Shown one piece after another: positions 13,031-24,780 of a stretch of DNA of 64,000 nucleotides. A model generated the notes under the pieces. It searched no databases. It was not told the DNA's origin and saw only the letters and a program-made list of their open reading frames with translations. The translations under genes and the position numbers were made by a program. The stretch comes from Sphagnum compactum. Taxonomy: Eukaryota. The stretch covers positions 13,878,213 through 13,942,212 of the forward strand of contig OZ234493.1 of the NCBI GenBank assembly GCA_965153455.1, read 5' to 3'. How positions within the stretch are numbered: position 1 is the first letter of the stretch; the number at the start of each line of letters is the position of its first letter.

Positions 13031-15546
13031 GGGTCTGGCTAACGCAACACACCTCGATGATAGAAAAACACACCTTCTAACCCAAATAGGCATTTCCCAT
13101 GCATTTCCCATGCAGCAGTAATGGATACGCCGCAGCAAAAATATGACGGTTAATAAAGCAAACTTAAATCTCAACAGCAAGTAGTGTTCACACTGGTATG
13201 GCGACCTGTTTTCGTGTTACACCAGCACTTCTACAGTTTCGCATGCAAGGCCTTCTTTCTCTCCAATTACACCTTTAGGATCGCCCCAAATGTCATCACA
13301 TACACAGCAGGCACAGGCGCAGCAGGCACAGGCACAGGCAGAGCTGATACAACAGCAACAGCAGGATGACGACTTGTTTGTTCCCGGTATAGGCGAGCCT
13401 GACGACCTGCTTGAGCGGATTGAACCCCCTTCAGAGGCTCCAATATGGCCTTCTCTTGCAACAGCTATGGCAGATCTGAACGCTTTCACAGGTCCTAATG
13501 GATGGGCACTTACTTCATTTCGCACAGAGAAGAAGAAAGATGAGGTTGTCAGGGTGTTTCTGCACTGTGACCGAGGTGGTACATACAGATGTCGTGTCAA
13601 TGAGGATTGCCGCCGCTATGGGACCACCACTCGCCAAGTTGGATGCCCATTTGACACAGTCCTTCGCCACTTCGTTGCTTTTGGTGGTTGGAAGCTGCGG
13701 ATCTGCAACGCTGATCATAATCATGGTCCAGCACCCCCGATCACGCATCCTTCGCTGTAGAGAGCAGCTATGAAGGAGCACAATGACGAGATCAGAGTAG
13801 AGGCTCATACGGGGTTGCAGAGTACGAAGATCATGAGGAGGCTAAGGGAACAGGACCCAGACATACCCATCCTTACCCGTAATATCCTCAACGATCGCCA
13901 ACATCAACGGATCGAGTTTCTGGCAAGTCGTACGCCGATCCAAGCGCTGCTATATACCCTTCAGGATGACGGGGATTGGGTATATCAGTACCAAACAGAC
14001 GACAACGACAAAGTGACCGCCTTATTCTTCAGTCACCGCCAATGCCTGGAGCTTCTTTGTTCGAATCCCTTCTTTTTGGTCATGGATTGTACTTACAAGA
14101 CAAACAAGTACAAAATGCCACTGCTTCAGATCATTGGTTCAACAGCTCTAGGATCCATGTTCTTCGTTGCTTTCTGTTTCTTGTCCTCCGAGACTACGGA
14201 GTCATATGGATTCGCCTTGCGCTGCCTCAAATCAATGTACCAGAGCATTGATTTGCAACCAGAGACCATGCTCAAGAGCGTAATCACTGACAAAGATGAC
14301 GCCCTCAACACAGCAATCCTCGCTCATCTACCTTTCGTGTACCACTTTCTCTGCATCTGGCATATCAATATGAATGTCATGAAGAAGTGCAAACCTATCT
14401 TCCGCCAGCAGTTCGACAACGAGCTCAGAGACGAAGAGATAGGCGACAATCAATACAAGGCAGGTGTGGATGAGCGCTGGAAGGCCTTTCTGCAGTTCTG
14501 GAACGCTGTGATAAGCACAACGACTGAGGATGCTTTCGTCCCCGCATGGATAGCTCTGCAAGGGGCATATCCAGAGCCTGAATTCGCCGCGGCAATTGCC
14601 TATCTTGAGAATGAGTGGCTTCGCCATAAGGAGAAATTCGTCCACGCTTGGACAGATCATCATCTCCACTTTGGCCATAGAGCCACCTCAAAGGCAGAAG
14701 GGGCTCATGCGTTGATCAAACGAGAGCTGATGGTGAGTACTAATGACGTTGTCACTGTTGTCAATGCCCTAGTACGCACCTTGAAGGATCAACATGCAGC
14801 TAGAAAAGGCAGCGCTTGAGCGTGTGAAGGTGAATTTGCCAATCAAGCTTCTGATCCCGTTGTTCAGAGACGTCGTGGGGAAGGTGGCACCTCAAGCACT
14901 ACACCGTATGCTGGATATCCGAGATAAACAGCTTTCTACAGGTGTTGCTACTGCTCTTCCTCCCTGTACGAATACGATGAAGGACTCTATGGGCTTACCA
15001 TGCGTACATGTCATCGATACGTACCTTCGTGCCAACGCTGGTTCTCTGCAGGTCACCGACTTCCACCTTCAATGGCACCTTCAACCAATTGCCACCCTTC
15101 CTCCACTTGACCCACGCCTACAGATACGAGAACTCGACGTTATCCAGCCTCGAGGTAGGCCCACTGGTGCTACCGCACGCCGCGCTCGCACTACTCGTCG
15201 TGAACCTTCTAGATTCGAAAATGAAGAGGCAAGCAGCCAGCAAACTCGTGTAAATAGACGCAGAGAACTGAGGGAACAGCGCCAGCAGGCAGTTGACGGG
15301 GTGGACAGTACACAGGGAAGCGATGCGGGTAGCAGCAGTCAGCGTGGAGGCCGTGGTCGTGGCCGAGGTGATAATACAACGATTGATACTGTTGTGGAGG
15401 GGATGCTTACATAATAGCAGCTTGGAGGTTCAACATTAGGCTATGGGAATTCGTGGATGTGGGAATCCATGGTACTGCTTACCTAGGCAGATCGGGTTAA
15501 GAGGTGTGTTTTTCTATCATCGAAGTGTGTTGCATTAGCCAGACCC
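13031..15546 (+). mobile_element. Mutator-like (MULE) DNA transposon, 2516 bp, 53-bp TIRs, 8-bp TSD TTGTTAAA
   Basis: Left TIR 13031-13083 (GGGTCTGGCTAACGCAACACACC...) and right TIR 15494-15546 match at 49/53 positions. TTGTTAAA occurs at 13023-13030 and 15547-15554. Encodes a MULE transposase. Confidence 0.95.
13290..15414 (+). pseudogene. Intronless MULE transposase (about 707 aa reconstructed) with one in-frame stop and one frameshift
   Basis: ORFs 13290-13760 and 13770-14819 share a frame and are separated only by TAG 13758-13760. An extra A near 14804 shifts into ORF 14794-15414. FAR1/WRKY-like N-domain (CDRGG..GCPF..HNH), catalytic motifs MDCTYKTN, VITDKD, LCIWH and SKAEGAH, a C-terminal C..MGLPCVH motif and an RGRP AT-hook-like motif. 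Confidence 0.9.
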
Positions 15547-16559
15547 TTGTTAAATGGTTGTCTTGTTCTTCGAATATGATTTTAAGGTAGTGTACAAACC
15601 TAGAAAAAAAACATGTGATAGTAGATGCATTAATTTTCAAAAACAATTTACTTCATTAACCAAAAGTTTGAAAAAAATCGAATCTTGGTGATGGTTTCCA
15701 AATAGGGAAGATTTATTTTAATATTTTTCTATTATCATATTTTTTATAATTTTTTGTTCTAATTCAATAGAATGTATTTAACTTTTAATGTTCTTTTCTT
15801 ATTTGGCTTATGTTATGAAATTATTCTATAATTTCTCAATATAAAATTATTTCTATTACAAAACATTAAAAACATATAAAAATAAAATTCTAGTTTAATT
15901 CTACAAAAAACTACAAGAATGTTTATTTCTCAATAATGAATGTTAAATCACAAAAAATTGAATGTTGAATGTTATGTTTCTTAAATCCATTTAAGTTCTA
16001 ATCAATTTTAAAATTGTCTTTATTTATAGTGATATATATGTTTATTGAAATATATGACCAATAAATGACCAATATAATATAGCCAATAACTAACCAATAT
16101 ACCAATCTAATTAATATTAGTCTACATATCATATAAGCATAAAAAATCATAAAAATATCAATTTACATTGATAGATATCTATCTTTCTAAAAATAAATGA
16201 AAAATAGTCATAAAGTAATTGAAATTATTATTCGTCAATATCAACATAAACACATTAATGTGAACAAAAAAAAGGGAAAAAAAGAAACAAGTCTTGAAAA
16301 AAAAGATTGTACCGTAATATATCAAAATTCACATGAATAAAAAATTGCAAAAAAATTTCAAAGCAATGAACAACCAAGTGAAAAATAAATAGTTTTTTTG
16401 AAAAAACAAGCAAACTTGAATGGCAAACTTGTAATGGTTACCTCCACACCAATTGCACACCTATTTCTACCTTTTCTTGTAATAAATATTTTTTCCCCAA
16501 TTATTTTGTTAGTGTATCAACAATAAATTTGAGCAATTTAAATTTAAAATTAGATGTTC

Positions 16560-17960
16560 AAAAGAAAATTTTGGCATTGGATCCACTACAAGATGATGTT
16601 TTCATGGAACTTGAAACTTTGTGGCAAGATTGACAAATAACAAATATAGTTGTGTTTGACAAATCTTGATTGCACTAACAAAATCACAAATGAAATTATC
16701 ATTCCCTTGAAAAAACTTGATCAAATTATGAAATGTTTCATAGAAAAGGAGGATACAAGCCAAGGATAACAAGACATCCAAATTAATCAAGTGACCAAAG
16801 TTGATTGTAACTTGAAAATTAGTGTCCATGCCCATTTTCATCAAAGGAGTTTGGTATTCAACCATCACCATCTTGGTAGGATTTAACATAAAAATTGTCT
16901 TCACATTCTTCAATATCATAATCCCTTTAATTTCCATGATATTAACCAATTTTGTGGCATTTGAGATTTTTCAAAGATATTGGCACAAAACTTGAAACAA
17001 AGTTTCCATTTGATACACCAAGGGAAATGTAGAAAGAATATGCACGACCAAATTAGTTCATGGTGAGAAACACAATCAACTTGTAAAATAAAATGGGCCC
17101 ATTATTGTTGAATTTGCATTGTGACCCTTAATTTGGTGCCCTGGAAAATGCTCACACCATCTACACAAAAAACAATGAACTTTGGTGTGATTTCATTTTG
17201 GCTTAAACTTCCTTCTAGCAACAAAACCTCCATAACGCAAGATGTTAGATTATCCACATTAAACCCATCCACCACTTGCACCATTGATCACAACAATGGA
17301 GTGCACACCCAATTGTTAACCACATATACATGTATCAATAACCAATGATGGTTATGAATGGATGTTAGTTCATCATAGTTAATTGATAAATATCGAACTC
17401 CCATCACACTCACCTTCAACACCTTCAAAATTTGGGAATGGATATGTTCACCCATCTCCCAGCCAAAAGCATCATTCCAATGCTTTTTGGGCAACTTTTT
17501 CAACTTCATAAATTGAAACAAGAGTTGCAGAACCTCATACTCAAGCATGGGCCTCCCATTTTGCAAAACATGGAAAAGGGAGGCAGATGGAATAACCTTA
17601 CATCGATTTTCTCCAACCACAACATTGTTTAATTGTTAAAGAATTGACAAAGGCTTGTGAACATTGAGTAGGACAATATTACAAACATGTTTGATGTTCT
17701 TGTTAGTAAATGTCAATTTTTTTTCAAGCCTTTGTTGGGGATGTCATATTCTACATGTAACTTGCCCATATGTTTACCCATATGTTTTTCCAATTGGCAT
17801 AATCTGTTTAGGTCAACTTGTAACAACTTCACAAACCATGCATTTCATAAATATCATCACACCATCAATGATGTCAACCTCTGCCCAAGCAAACTACACA
17901 ATTCAAGTGTCTTGCAATTTTTGAGTGGCATCATAATTTTCTTGTGCCTTCTTTGATAGA
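16560..17960 (-). mobile_element. Highly degenerate hAT-family (ZNF862-like) transposase relic
   Basis: Fragmented minus-strand ORFs: GRPMLEYE..KKHWND..WEMGE, YLSINYDELTS..WLLIHVYVV, VDGVSIFQGTKLRVTMQ and DNFICDFVSAIK. Many stops and frameshifts; no termini identified. Confidence 0.65.
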
Positions 17961-19429
17961 TATTCACTCAAATTGTAACTTGTTTCATTGAATTTGGAGA
18001 CAACTTGATTAGTGATTCAAGCAGCCCAAGTGTTGCATGTGATGAATGCAAAGGTGTGTAGCTATTCAATGCCACTAAACTTGAATCAACCATGACCTCA
18101 ACATCGTTGTTAGCATTATGAGTACTAAATAAAGCTTTCATATGAAAGTTCAGGAACAACTTCAATGGCCCCCATCACAAAGTACTGCCTTTGGCAAACA
18201 TTCAACCAAAAATAAATAAATTCACTAGCTCAATAAGAACTTTCCTTTTCATGGGGTTAGTCGTCTCCTACTTTCCTTTCTAGTTTTTCCCCACCTAGGA
18301 ACCTCTTCAAGAATCAACTAGTAATGTATGAAAACAAATGAACCTTCTTTCGAATGTTTTGCTTTGAAAAGCTTTAGAACTTCTTGAAATGGGTTGAAGA
18401 CCTTAAGTGGGAGGCTTGAGAAGGAGGGATGTCCTTAGGAGAAGCTCGACATTTGGTGCAAACTTTTGTCTTGAAATCTTCTGGATTCAAGTTCACATGT
18501 TGGGGCTCTTCTCAGGAATCCAGTACATGGCTCACAAATGTAGCCCCATATGAACCACTAATGAATTTCCCCCAGAAAATCCAAAATACATCAATTTCTA
18601 TTTTTCTATTATTATTATTATTAGTATTATTATATTGGGGATGAAATTATGATCCAGTTAGGGGTTTGTTGTTGAAATGTTTGCTCATAAGTGGATGAGA
18701 TCCAAATGTTACCCTAAACCCTAAAACACACATTTAACACTCTCTTACTGCACTTCTTCTACTGCTAAGGTTGAATTGAACAACATCAATGTTCAAATAT
18801 TTGACAAATGTCTCTTCTTCATTGATTTCATCCTCACCTATTATTTTACCAATCATCCCAAAGCCTTTGTTGGAATGAAATTCTCAAGTCGGGAAATGAT
18901 TTTCATCCCTAATGATTTTTTTGTTCAATAGTTTTTTTTCCAATTTATTTTAACAACCCATGAAACTTAGATATGACATTTTATTAATCTAATGTGTACC
19001 TATTCTCCTACTTGAATTCTATAGTTTGAATTGAACCACAAAAAAATTAAAATAATTGAAGCTTCCAAGACCAAAGAAAAAAAGGATTTTCAAGGTATAT
19101 TTATATTGCAAGTTCTTTGCCAATGTTATTCCTTTGATATTGAACTTCCTTTTTTTGCGAGTTTTAAAAAAATTAAATTTGGGACCAGAATCCAAACCTT
19201 TAAAAGGTGTATGCCTCATGTTGAAAATTTTACAAAGAATATGAAAAAGGGGGTTTTTTAATTTAAATGGTTCAATTTTTGGGATATAAAAATTTGGGGA
19301 AGCTTTCTAAAAAAAAATGCAAAATTAGTCTAATTTACACTAGCCTAGAAAAACAAAAATTTCCCCAATTTGAACGGCGCTGAAGTATGTCTGTGTCTAC
19401 ATTGTAATGTCTACGGTGTATGTATTTCT

Positions 19430-20193
19430 CTATCTTCGTCTTCGAGTATGGCGGCGTCTCCTACGGTGATGTCGCCTACGACGCACGCGACGCCGGCGAT
19501 GTCTTGGTCTTCTTGACTGCCGACGCCGTTTGCGTCGATGTGATCTGCGGCGATGTCGTCTTCTTCCTCCATGCGACCGAACAGACCTTCGCCGGCGTCC
19601 TCTGTTGCAATCACAATCAATGCCCACAACCCCATGTTAGAGACCTGCATTGCATTATAAGTCTTTTTACAACGGTACAGCTTCGAAATCCCCACTAATT
19701 TTGTCTAGGCATTCAACAAGTTTACTGCTGCTAGATTCGAGACTTCTGAGAGATCGAGAGATCAAGCTGCTGGAACATAATCAGGAACATGATCAGAACT
19801 ACAGGAACTTGAGTTTCTAAATCTAGAGTTATTAGTCTTCTTTGTATATGTAGTCATGGTTAATGCAAAATTATGTTATTGCAGAATCCCCCACCCGGCT
19901 CATGAGTCATGCAGAGATTAGAGAGCTTACAGTCTCGTTTCACAAAGCATGTATCTGTGGGTGGCGTCTTTGTCAAGTTTGCCTGCCCTCATGAGCCTTC
20001 GAAGAGCTCTGCCTAGATGCTTTCTGGAATCTGCGGGTAGAACGTGACCCCACTCTCCTTGAATGCTCTTCATGATCGATGCGAATTTGGATCCTCGAGG
20101 GTGATTCATGTCGTTGAGCGCCGTGGTAACCATCTTCGAGTAGTGAGGATGCAGCCGCTTCGACGCTTTGGACTTCCTTCTGCTGGACCCCAT
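19430..20193 (-). CDS. Linker histone H1-derived protamine-like sperm nuclear basic protein (H15 globular domain + Arg/His tail), 2 exons, 144 aa
   Basis: Exon 1 (20193-19931) encodes an H15-like winged helix (HPHYSKMVTTALNDMNHPRGSKFASIMKSI..LRRLMRAGKL..YML) and ends CT|GTAAGC. Intron 19930-19602 has a CTAAC branch-like site and a CAG acceptor. Exon 2 (19601-19430) continues in frame as a 56-aa tail with 36 Arg and 7 His, ending in TAG. Confidence 0.85.
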
Positions 20194-21232
20194 ATTGTTA
20201 CAATATTGGATACACTCAAATCAATTTTCTCTGATTAATTTTCCGTCAAAATTTTATGCGCTAAAACAAAGAGATCAGAAGGAGGTCGTGATCAATTCCC
20301 TCCTCCCCCCCAACCCACCCTCCCACCCAATTGCTGCAAAGACATCAGGACTCTTCAGGAGTTTCCGAGGAGCTTGAAACTCAGGAGATCATAAAAGAAA
20401 TTGGGATCATACAACAAGATCTGTGAAGAGTAAATTTGAATCTTTTTGCTTATGAAATAAGCTAAGACCCCAAGCGCAACTATGCAACTTGGCATCCCAT
20501 AGGCTTGATGGGTCCTCACACGGATCCTTAGTGCATGACTAGAGCTGCAGGCGCTAGTCTTATAGCTAGACGAGGCCGAGTAAATGCCTTTTCACAGTCT
20601 GAAATTACATGATCTCATGATCCTGGGATTCTCAAGGATACCAGCTGCAGATCAGTCTCGCATCCTTTACCGAAAAGTTGCGGAATTGTTACACGAGGAG
20701 ACATGTGCCTCATCGTATCTCGCTGCAGTACCCTCAGTAGTACCTGCAGCTCGTGCAATATTATTTATTTGTGATCACGTCCGCCGCTTGCTTCATCTCA
20801 TTCACCTCACACGGATCACAATGACAAGCTCAATGTGATCATGACATTAGGTTTTCTCTTCTTGTTCTTCTTGTTCTTCTTCGTCCTCCTCCTCTTCTTC
20901 TTCGCAGCAACTAGTGTGAACTTCAGAGCTTCTGCAAGCGCTCAAAGCTCTCTTGGCAGCAGCGGCAGCAGCAGCTAGTGTGAACCCGTTCTTTTCCCAC
21001 TCATTTCTCTCTCTACCTACCAGCGTTGGACTAGTATTGGTTTTGTTAATAACCGCCGGTTCCATTTTTCCCCCTTTTGAATATTTCAAAATCAGAGAAC
21101 CGCCAGTGTGATCCTAAATGTGATTGTGGTCGAGATATTTAATAAAAATATCTTAAATATAATTTTAAAAATTGTAATTAATTTATAATTAATATGATGT
21201 TCTAAATTGATTTTGATTTAATTTTGAACTAA

Positions 21233-21670
21233 TTTTCATCTAAATTTGATTAAATTTTTTGTGTCATCTATTTGATTTGTCTAGGTCACATTTAATTCAA
21301 AATGTTCATCCTAATCGATTCTCGATCTAAATGTAAAAACCTTGATTAAATCTTAAATGGGGATTTTAATAAGGTTAAGTCTTAAAAACCAAGTCAACCT
21401 TGTATACATATTTTTCATGCAATGTAGATGAAATGTATTTCATCCAAAGTCCTCCCTGCATACGGGGATTTGAAAATTGAAATTATAATGAACCAACAGT
21501 CCAGCTTTTAAAATTATTTCAAAATTAAAGAACAGTTGATCCCAGATATTTCAAAAACCTTAGAAGAAGTAAGGATTTCCATGCAAAGAAATTGGTAAAT
21601 TTCTTGACGGTTAATATTCGACTTTTTCAATTGTTTTCAATTCTTTTGCCAGGTGGTTAAATTCGTTAAA
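21233..21670 (+). repeat. Dispersed repeat A; the second copy at about 30600-31480 is interrupted by a Helitron
   Basis: Shared text TTTCATCTAAATTTGATTAAA...GGTCACATTTAATTCAAA and TGTTCATCCTAA...AGAAGAAGTAAGGATTTCCATG in both places. Confidence 0.85.
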
Positions 21671-21684
21671 AAACAATGTAAATG

Positions 21685-21687
<3 letters not shown>

Positions 21688-21722
<35 letters not shown>
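21688..21722. repeat. (AT)n microsatellite
   Basis: Pure AT run. Confidence 0.9.
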
Positions 21723-21724
<2 letters not shown>

Positions 21725-21759
21725 GATTTACATTGCTATGTAAAACAATGTAAATAGAC

Positions 21760-21950
21760 CTCCACTCTTGCTGCATATATTTTCAGTGCTCCTACTTGTA
21801 AAGCTGCTATAATTAGTCTTGAACCTTGTCCATCAAATGCTGATTTTCAGCATTTCATTCCCAGATTTAATAAAATTTCCTTACTTTATGGATACCCCTG
21901 AAAGAAGGGTTTGGGGCGAAAGGAGGCCCAAAGACAGGGTGACTTTACAA
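21760..21950 (+). repeat. Dispersed repeat B (further copies at about 30268-30460, 33770-34020 and 47040-47330)
   Basis: Shared core GAACCTTGTGCATTAAATGCTGAGTTTCAGCATTTC...CCTTACTTTG.GGATACC.CTGAAAGA..GG...GGGTGACTTTA in four places. Confidence 0.8.
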
Positions 21951-24416
21951 ATAATTTTAGTGTTTATACTTACACTTGCACACCCCCAAAACACATTTAC
22001 ATGGGGAGTGTAAGTGTATTTGACAAATATTTAAACTGGCCTCATGTAAGTGTAAAAATATATATATACACTGCAACAGGATAAGTGTAAATGTAAAACA
22101 ATTGGATGTGATTTACACTGGATTTACATGCTGTATATACGGCTATTAACATTTACATGCACAACACTGCTCCATACCCAATTGGAAGGGGATGCCTAGA
22201 CAACTCTCCTTCCTTGGCCCATTTGTTAATGGAATTCATCACCTGAGCTATGGCTTTTGGACAACTTCGTGAGCATCCATGAACACTAAGTAGACCATGG
22301 CAAAGATTTCTTCAAGCAAGCCTAGGTGAATAAGGTAATAAAAATAAAAGGCAGCAAGACCCCATCATATGATTTAGAGAAGTCTAATTTGGAAAAGACC
22401 ATATATCTTGTGCAAACTATCCCACTCACTTCAAGGTCTCGTGAAGGACTTATATGTTATTGAGAATGTATCCTGTGAGTAACAAAAAGAACTAATCCTA
22501 ACCAATGATCTCTCCTACAATATTACAATATTAGGTTGTCGGTTCTTCTGAAGAGCTTTTCAACGGTCCAAAGTTCTGCTTGAACAAAAATTGCAACCAA
22601 CTTTTTGCTAGAACTAGATGTGGAATTGGGTTAAGTATGGCGAAAAAACTTCTTGCAGCTAACGAATGAGCTGAGGTAGCATGCACTCACGGGGCCCAAG
22701 TTCTTGTTTTCTTTTGGGGGGAGGGTGAGGGTGTTTGGATTTTTGTTATTCTCAATGTTCTCATGAAAGTTCTCACTATCTATCGATGAAGTTCCCATTG
22801 AGTTCCTAACATGTTCCTCAAATTCTCAATGTGTTCCCAACATGTTAGCTCCTCAATTTATCCCCCCATATCCTTTGCCTTGAGTTCCACTTTTGTCATT
22901 TATATAGGAACCAAAAATTAGCCCTTCTTTTTAATACCTGTGTACATTTTTCGAATATGTGGTGTGTTTTTATAAATAAAGCTTTACAGGGTTTTTTTTT
23001 TTTTTTTTTTGGGAGATGAGCCAATCAAAGATTCACATCACCAAAAAGAAAAAATTGAACCTTTGGAGGCCCCCCCACAACTAATTAATAATATAAACGA
23101 CATATATATATATATGTTATATAGTGCTACCTATCTTTTGTCCATAGCCCAATGTACTTTAGTGCATCATTGCAGGGTTTCTTTTTTCCAAATTCCTCAA
23201 GTAGGTGCACTGGCTAGGATCCTCAGCATTAATTAGCAATAAATGGCGACTGTCATGGTGGACAAAGTAGATTTCTTTTTTGGGAATCTTGCCTAGTTCT
23301 GGCGACCTACAGGAATACAGTGTCTAAATCTGGCGACTTTTAAGTTTTTTTTCTTTTCGCCACACACACAAAAAAAAAAAAAAAAAAAAACACCGTTCAG
23401 CATCAAGCTCATGGTCCATGAGGGAAGAGTGATGGTACTAGGGACCCATTCTTTTCTATCTTATGTGAAAAGCATGTGCTGCTGACAACATAGTTACCAA
23501 CACAGTGCTGATCTCAGTGCTCACATCATATGGAATCATATTCAAATACAGGTAAACGAAAACAGTACAAAAAATTATTATTTTTAATAAATTTTTAGTT
23601 TTAAATTTTTTAAATTTTTTTTAAAAATAAAGAAAAGAATTGATTTTTGAGCTTTTCAATCGCCAGAAGTGAGAAAAAAAAGTTTAAAATCGCCATAGTC
23701 ATATATTTGGTTTTCATTGTGTAGCCAGAAATATAGAAGGATGATTAAAGATTTAGTATTTTGTTTTCTTTTGGGGTTTATTGCCTGATTTGCCCAAATC
23801 TTCCTAGGGATGGGATGATTGCCATATCTTCTACATCTTCCTATGGGATGATTGCCACTTTGGCTACAAAACAACAATTCCCAAAAAAAAAAAAACACTC
23901 CACGGTCCACAATATCTTTCACATAAATTTAGGATAAAGGGACATAGGGACCCATTTTTTCTATCTTTTGGTCTACTAAAGGACTGCATATGTACTACTC
24001 TGCAAATAATAAATAATAAATACTATCTGCAAATCCGGGAAACAAGCGACCCATGAGTAAAGGCTCTCTCTCTCTCTCTTGTGTAACAAGTTGAAAACCA
24101 CCAACTTCTTAAAATAAAAAATTGGAAACCGTTTCATGAAGTTTCCCAAACTAAAAAAATTCCTATTTCACGTGAACATTCCTTAAAATATGGACCAAAA
24201 AATACATAATGTCAACAAGAACAATACAAAAAAAAGATGGATAATTATACAAGAAATGCACATAAGATGTTATACTAAAGCCAATGAAGATGACTTCTAG
24301 AAGAATCTTTTCTATTCTCTAGTTGGGTCTAAGTGACAATGAGTGAAGTTTTTTGTGTTTCCCTTTTCTTTTTTGTTGTTGTTCTTCTTCTTCTTCTTCC
24401 TACGATTTCTAGGAAA

Positions 24417-24742
24417 CATGAATGCTACAATCTCCTAGATTGTGAATTGAGTGTTGAAAGCATCAATAACAATTGAATGCTACAAGGCCCTAGATTGCGA
24501 ATTGAGTGTTGAAAGCACCAATCACATGAATGCTACAAGGTCCTAGATTGTGAGTTGAGTGTTGAAAGCATCAATCACATGAATGCTTCAAGATCCTAGA
24601 TTGTGAGTTGAGTGTTGAAAGCATCAATAATAACATGAATGCTTCAAGGTCCTAGATTGTGAGTTGAGTGTTGAAAGCATCCATAACATGAATGCTGCTA
24701 CAAGGTCCTAGATTGTGAATTGAGTGTTGAAAGCCTCAATCA
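24417..24742 (+). repeat. Minisatellite of 6 units of about 53-56 bp, ending about 40 bp upstream of the P450 ATG
   Basis: Unit consensus CATGAATGCTACAAGGTCCTAGATTGTGAGTTGAGTGTTGAAAGCATCAAT(A/C)A, repeated head-to-tail. Confidence 0.92.
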
Positions 24743-24780
24743 GCTGACTCGATTGGTTTCCGTAGAAGGAAGGTCATACA

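Larger units (their letters stand above)
12975..15632 (+). mobile_element. Degenerate Ty3/gypsy-type RNase H relic, split by the MULE insertion
   Basis: Removing the MULE and one TSD copy joins MAFMYLVNNPHVFGRIVK/WL to FEYDFKVVYKPRKK.HVIVDAL, resembling the gypsy RNase H end motif (GRIARW..L.EYDF.I.YKPGK.N.VADAL). Confidence 0.65.

Noticed and set aside
19411-19698. Acidic 94-aa ORF (-) and hydrophobic 92-aa ORF (+) overlapping the Arg-rich exon
   Set aside because: These are shadow frames of CGN-rich sequence. Only the Arg frame splices in phase with the H15 exon.
21050-21106. AACCG MYB/DUO1-like sites upstream of the protamine-like gene
   Set aside because: The motif is very short, and similar GAACCGCC text recurs in repeat-like sequence near 39958, so no specific regulatory claim can be supported.
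24417-24742. CRISPR-like array (repeats containing GTTGAAAG)
   Set aside because: Units are head-to-tail with no unique spacers, there are no cas genes, and the context is eukaryotic. It is a minisatellite.
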